Source: Utricularia gibba (taxonomy: Eukaryota; Plantae; Magnoliophyta). From it: a stretch of 64,000 nt of DNA. A program made the translations under genes and the position numbers. The stretch's first letter is position 1, and each line of letters starts with the position of its first letter. The stretch lies in assembly GCA_002189035.1 (NCBI GenBank), contig NEEC01000015.1, positions 2,046,001 to 2,110,000 on the forward strand, written 5' to 3'. Positions 59,271 to 64,000 of this stretch are shown here, piece by piece. The notes beneath the pieces were generated by a model, which worked only from the letters and a program-made list of their open reading frames with translations, was not told the origin of the DNA and did not search any database.

Positions 59271-62200
59271 CTAATGGCTTCCACCCGAGTTCAGTGCAGA
59301 ATCCCTGATAGCCTCAGCAGCCATTAAAGCGATCACTGCCCTGTGAGTGGCTAGATCAGCTTTACAGAGTAATCTGCGAGCCTTCTCTTTCTTGAGCTTG
59401 GCGAGGTTTCGGGCATGGATGGCCGCAGCCGATGCATCACGTGCATGAAACTCAGGAGTATCTAGGATGTTCTGAGGCTTTTTTGTTTGAATGTATGTTC
59501 CCCCAAAATAGTAGTTCTTTGGAAGGGACAACTCAGGAGGACCTACACCTCAGAGATGAAATTCATTTTTAGCTTTCTGCTTTAGTTTGGAAAGTAAGGT
59601 GTAAAATTTTGGGTTACCTTTACATTCCACTGCATCGGTGCTTGACAAAAACTGTGCATCTCTTGTTGAAACCAAGATAGACGGTGAAACATCAAAAGAA
59701 TAATGTATACTGCTTGCGTGCAACGCCTTCTCGTCTAAGAAAGCATGCCCATTTAATATTCTCCCTGAAATTGTAAATTTCATAAAAGGTAAACTGACGT
59801 TAGCAAGAGTATGGATTATGAATGAAAAACAAAAAAAAGCTTTGAGAATATGGAGAGCTGACCACCATGAAGGGTATCTTGATTCCCTGATGAAGCATGG
59901 CCTGGAAGTTTCCTCTGGGAACGCTGTTTAGGAAATTTATTAGGAGCCTCTAAGCCTCGTGGTTTCAAGCAGAAAGCAAACATGGGAGGTTTCTCAGAAG
60001 GAATATGCTTTTCATTATTCCCGTCAGAAAAGTTTGTACTGAGTCGAGCAACCACATGGTCCCACTCCCTTAGCTTTTGCTGGTACCTCTCCCAGAGAGG
60101 AGGCTGAATAGATGTTCAGAAAACAATCAGAACACTTCTCATGTACAGATACAAGAAGAAACAAGCAAATGCTTGTATGGAATTTCATGAGCATTATTAC
60201 CAGATGAAATAGACATTGCCATCCAAGGTGGAGTAATGTACTGGGGAAATTAACATAAAATAGCAATTGATACCTGCAAATGCCTTACTAGTGGCATACC
60301 CATCCTCTCCCTTTTCTTTCGCCAGTATTCGTACACAATTTTACCAGCTTCAACCGATCCTATTCCCTTAACAAGCTCTTCGATTTCAGAACTGGTGAAC
60401 TCCTCACGAAGCTGAGCATATGAAAATTTTTCAAACATGTCGATAGTTTTCTCCAAAAACTCCTCAGGCATTCCTTCATGTTTGTGTTTTACTGCCACCA
60501 GCCACCTTTCATCATCACTGTCCAGGTCATATAATATCCTAGATGGATCCATCGCCATTTCAACATCACTCTGAACCTGCCGAATATACCTTGCAGAATT
60601 CTGAGTAAAAGAATTTACATCATCGCCTTGGTTATCACACTCTTCTACTAACCGGACTCCAGGAATGGGGATGTTCTTTACAGAAGCAGCACGAATATTC
60701 CTGTTCAAACACTCCTCGTGCATCTCTTTGAAAAGCATCCACTGACTGTGGCTAGTAAACTCTAGCATCCAATCCTTCCCTCCCTTCCACATCCTGGCAT
60801 GAGAGTAACGGTTTGTGGGCCCTGGCTGCAATATATGCTTCACCTTGTAATCATACTTTGGGACACCAGCTTGCTTTATAGACAGTCTCCATTCATTGTG
60901 ATCAGCAAGCTCCAAGACAATTGTCGCTCCATATTCCCTCCATCCTTTGTCTCCTTGTGTCACTAAAATATTAGCGACACATGTAAGCAAATCATACATT
61001 TTCTGGTTTTTCCCATTACCATCAGAAATCCTCTTCAGGCTAGCTCTTCTAAGTCTTTTGTACGGTAGAGCAGCTGAGTTTGATGGTTTTTGCTTTGAGC
61101 TGAAATCATAACCAACATAGGGCAATGAATACTGAACCTGAGTGCGTGGTTTCTTAGGTCCATTACTGAATGCCCTGGTCGTAAAATTCGGCATACCATC
61201 AGAGCATGTCGGAGAAAAGTATTCATGAGGAGATGAAAGGGAACTTTGTTCCCTACGTTTCCACGATTTCCTAAATCCAGAAGAATTGGAACCATGAACA
61301 AAGTTCTCATGGTGATTCCACTCTCCATCAGATGTCTGCCCAGAGACAGAGGCTTCTTCAAGAAAAGGCACATCAACTTTTTGCAAAGCTGAACTTCCAA
61401 ACGTATTACTATATGTAGACTCAATTCTCAGACTGGACGGTGTGGATGTGACAGCTATCGGAGCAGCTCTACGTAGAGATACGGCAGAATCCGAAGCATC
61501 ACAATCCAGTAGCTCATCAATCATTTTTTTTGAGTTGCCTCCGGAATCAGTTGACCATTCAGAAAACCTATCATGATGCACTGAAACACTTCCTGAAGAA
61601 CCAACCTCCATTTGTTGATCTTTGGGATAAGTTTGCAAACCTTTAGAAGCAGGAGCTTCAGTTACACAATCTTGAAGAGCACATGAATCAGTACACTCAG
61701 GAACTGGCTCATCATCTGGGCTTTGATGACGGAGGTTGACACATGTGAAACTATTTTCCATGAGTAACTGCATGTGCAAACTTTGAAAAAAGGACGGCAT
61801 TGCAGAAAAGGAAAGAGCAAGCTTAGGAGGCTCTCCAGGCCTTGCAGCAAGTGGAATGGTGGACTGAATCATTCTTTTATCTTGAGCTTCCTGGGAATTT
61901 AACATTGGCAGGAAGCCTGGCATTGCTTTCCTCCTTGGGCCAGAGTACTAGCAAGAGGTGCACAAGATAATTGTCATTTAAATATCAGGAACAAAAAAAA
62001 AAAAAAAAAAAAACCATTTTGTGAGGCAGAAATTAATACAATAACACCTCTAAGGAATCACCATGCACAAATAAGTAGACATAACATGCGTTGGAGAACA
62101 ACCCTCGCCTTGCATAACTCTGAGGATAAGCTATTTACATGACACATGCACACAATGCTTGAATAAAAAAAAGTTAAGCTGACATCTGCACAACTAGAAA

Positions 62201-64000
62201 GTTCTTGGTATTGAGGAAGACTCTAATCATTATGCAGCCACACCAATCCATTACTTTTTGAGATAGTTTTATTTTTTTCCTTTTCATTAATATGAATCAT
62301 CATTCACACGAATCATGTTTTAGAGCAGGAAAGAAATCATTTATAAGGGAATGCCACATAACTGGTGCAAAGCAAATGTCACAATAACAAGAACCTACCT
62401 CATTTGAGGGCAGGACAGCTTTGGTATGAGGTTTGCAATGCTGAGGGTATCCATATTCGAGTTCCTTTATATTGTCATGGGTGCAGTCCAAGATAGATAT
62501 CCCTTTAATGAAAAGACAATGCTGCAAAATCTTGGATTCCAAGTAAAGCCATTTTGCTTTCTCCAGGCCAGAAAAACTATAGAATGCAAAGACCTGATGC
62601 TTCTTCATATCATAAATGCTAAAAATCCGGAACCTTATTGAGGTCACAGGCAATCCCATGTTCCCATCCATGTATTCATTGCACTGACTGAAAAGAATCA
62701 ATATCATGGAGACAAGTGATATAGCCTGCTTCAAGCAGCCTTCAAACAGGAGAAGTTTCAAACCAAGACTATTATCAAAAAAAATAATCTCAAGGAGAAC
62801 AGCAGGGGAGGTGGTAACAATCACACCATTTTGAAGCATGAATATATGGTGTGCTAGCCAATAAGGCCCCAGTTCACATGCAAATTCCATGAATCGAATC
62901 AAAGGAAGATGTATCTGAAATCTCACATCATTAGACTTCACCAGCACATCATTCAGTTTTAATAGGCCATCAAAACACCACAACGGTATGTTGGAATTCA
63001 TCCAACCAATATGCCTCCCCCCCTTAGTATCCATGAAGCTATTCACACATGCCTTAACTTTTTCAAAAACAGAACTACCTGTTATCAGACTTTCCCGATA
63101 TCTCCTTCTGACATAAACCACATTCTTTCCACTTAGCAAGTTTTTATTAGACAGAGAGCTATCTTGTGAGCAAAAGTTTCTCAATTTTCCTGCAACATCG
63201 GACTTCAAATTTATGTTATTTGCCTTCATTTTTTGACCAAGGAAATCAGCATCTGAGTCACCAGCCTCCCCCGATGAAATTGATGCTTCCAGAGACTGCT
63301 GTTCTTGTGAAGTCATCTGACCTTTCAAAGTTACTGATGACGATTTAGCAATCTGGGGTTGGCTTGCTAGCCATGATGCAATGGGCTCTGAATCAGGACA
63401 CTTCTCTGTTAACAAATTACCTTCTTCCTGATTAGTTTCCAGCTGTTTCTGGGAATATCTTTCCCCTGCTGCTCGTTTTCTAGATTTTGATCTGCCAGGA
63501 GCATCACTTGGCAGAAGCAAGATTTTGAATTTCTCCTCAGGAAGATTAACCCATTCTTCATCTCGATCATCGTACTTTATGTGATGAAGCTTAGATTCTG
63601 AATGGTACTCATCCACAAGGCCATAATACCAGCTCTCATCAAGTGGCCAAAATATTTTTATCCTTTGATTTAAAACCCAGTATGGATCCAAATCATCAGG
63701 AAGAATCTCATAAAAGTGCCTCCGCTTCCTTCTTGTCCCCTTGACTTTATCTTCCCTTCGAGGTCTCAGAGCTCTGCTCTTTTCATCAGCAGATGTAGAC
63801 TCCCTACCAGCCAATGACTTTGCATGTAAGCTAAATGAATCCCAAGTTGATGAACCTGTAGTGTATGATCCATCAGGCTTCTGAAATGCTGAATATCTTC
63901 TCCTTGAAGAATATCCCGTACAACTTGGATCAAATCTGGATGACAACATCCTTGCTGCATTTTTTTCAAGGTTCTCTTCATCCTCATCATCATCATCTAG
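59271..64000 (-). CDS. EPCR1: Enhancer-of-polycomb-related protein (EPCR1/2-like; Tudor + EPL domain), 3' part; 5' end beyond the window; in-frame TGA in last exon
   Basis: EENLEKNAARMLSSRFDPSC, Tudor RIKIFWPLDESWYYGLV..HHIKYDDRDEEW, ANILVTQGDKGWRE, NRYSHARMWKGGKDWMLEF, IPIPGV, YDLDSDDERW, PPLWERYQ and EKPPMFAFCLKPRGLE. C-terminus RDASAAA.HARNLAKLKKEKARRLL.KADLA. In-frame TGA at 59550-59552. Confidence 0.93.

Noticed and set aside
61940-62420. EPCR1 junction between the two large exons does not resolve to an obvious same-phase acceptor
   Set aside because: A small intervening exon or a weaker donor/acceptor could explain it. I could not pin it down by eye, so it is not counted as a lesion.
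1-64000. CRISPR arrays, rRNA, transposase, retrotransposon or viral ORFs
   Set aside because: None seen. The tandem repeats have no unique spacers and no ORF has transposase, RT or integrase motifs.

Overview
Eukaryotic nuclear DNA from a flowering plant (a eudicot, possibly an asterid; this is an inference from protein similarity only). It is gene-dense: about 17 protein-coding genes and one tRNA in 64 kb, with short introns. In order: 3' end of a REVEILLE (RVE6-like) MYB gene (+); At5g13590-like RS-rich unknown protein (-); SMR CDK inhibitor (+); GPAA1/GAA1 (-); a conserved unknown Cys/His small protein (+); WDL7/TPX2-like (-); a divergent intronless group-C-like TEY MAP kinase (-); TOL9-like (-); a small multi-pass membrane protein (+); La1 (-); ASI1 (-); an OVATE family protein (-); tRNA-Leu(CAA) (-); ZFYVE26/SPG15 homolog (+); KAT3/KC1 Shaker channel (+); a spliced 63-aa coiled-coil microprotein absent from the ORF track (-); SUVH5/6-like (-); and the 3' part of EPCR1 (-). 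Hand-splicing the genes exposes at least eight frame breaks in seven genes, each repaired by adding ONE base, almost always to a G/C run. This is the signature of unpolished long-read consensus error rather than mass pseudogenisation. I found no clearly new multi-gene system. The best biological leads are the divergent intronless MAPK, the microprotein tail-to-tail with KAT3, an in-frame TGA in the last EPCR1 exon that a 75-nt GT-AG intron could remove, and a tRNA gene back-to-back with the ZFYVE26 start. Homolog identities and Arabidopsis locus numbers are recalled from memory, not searched.
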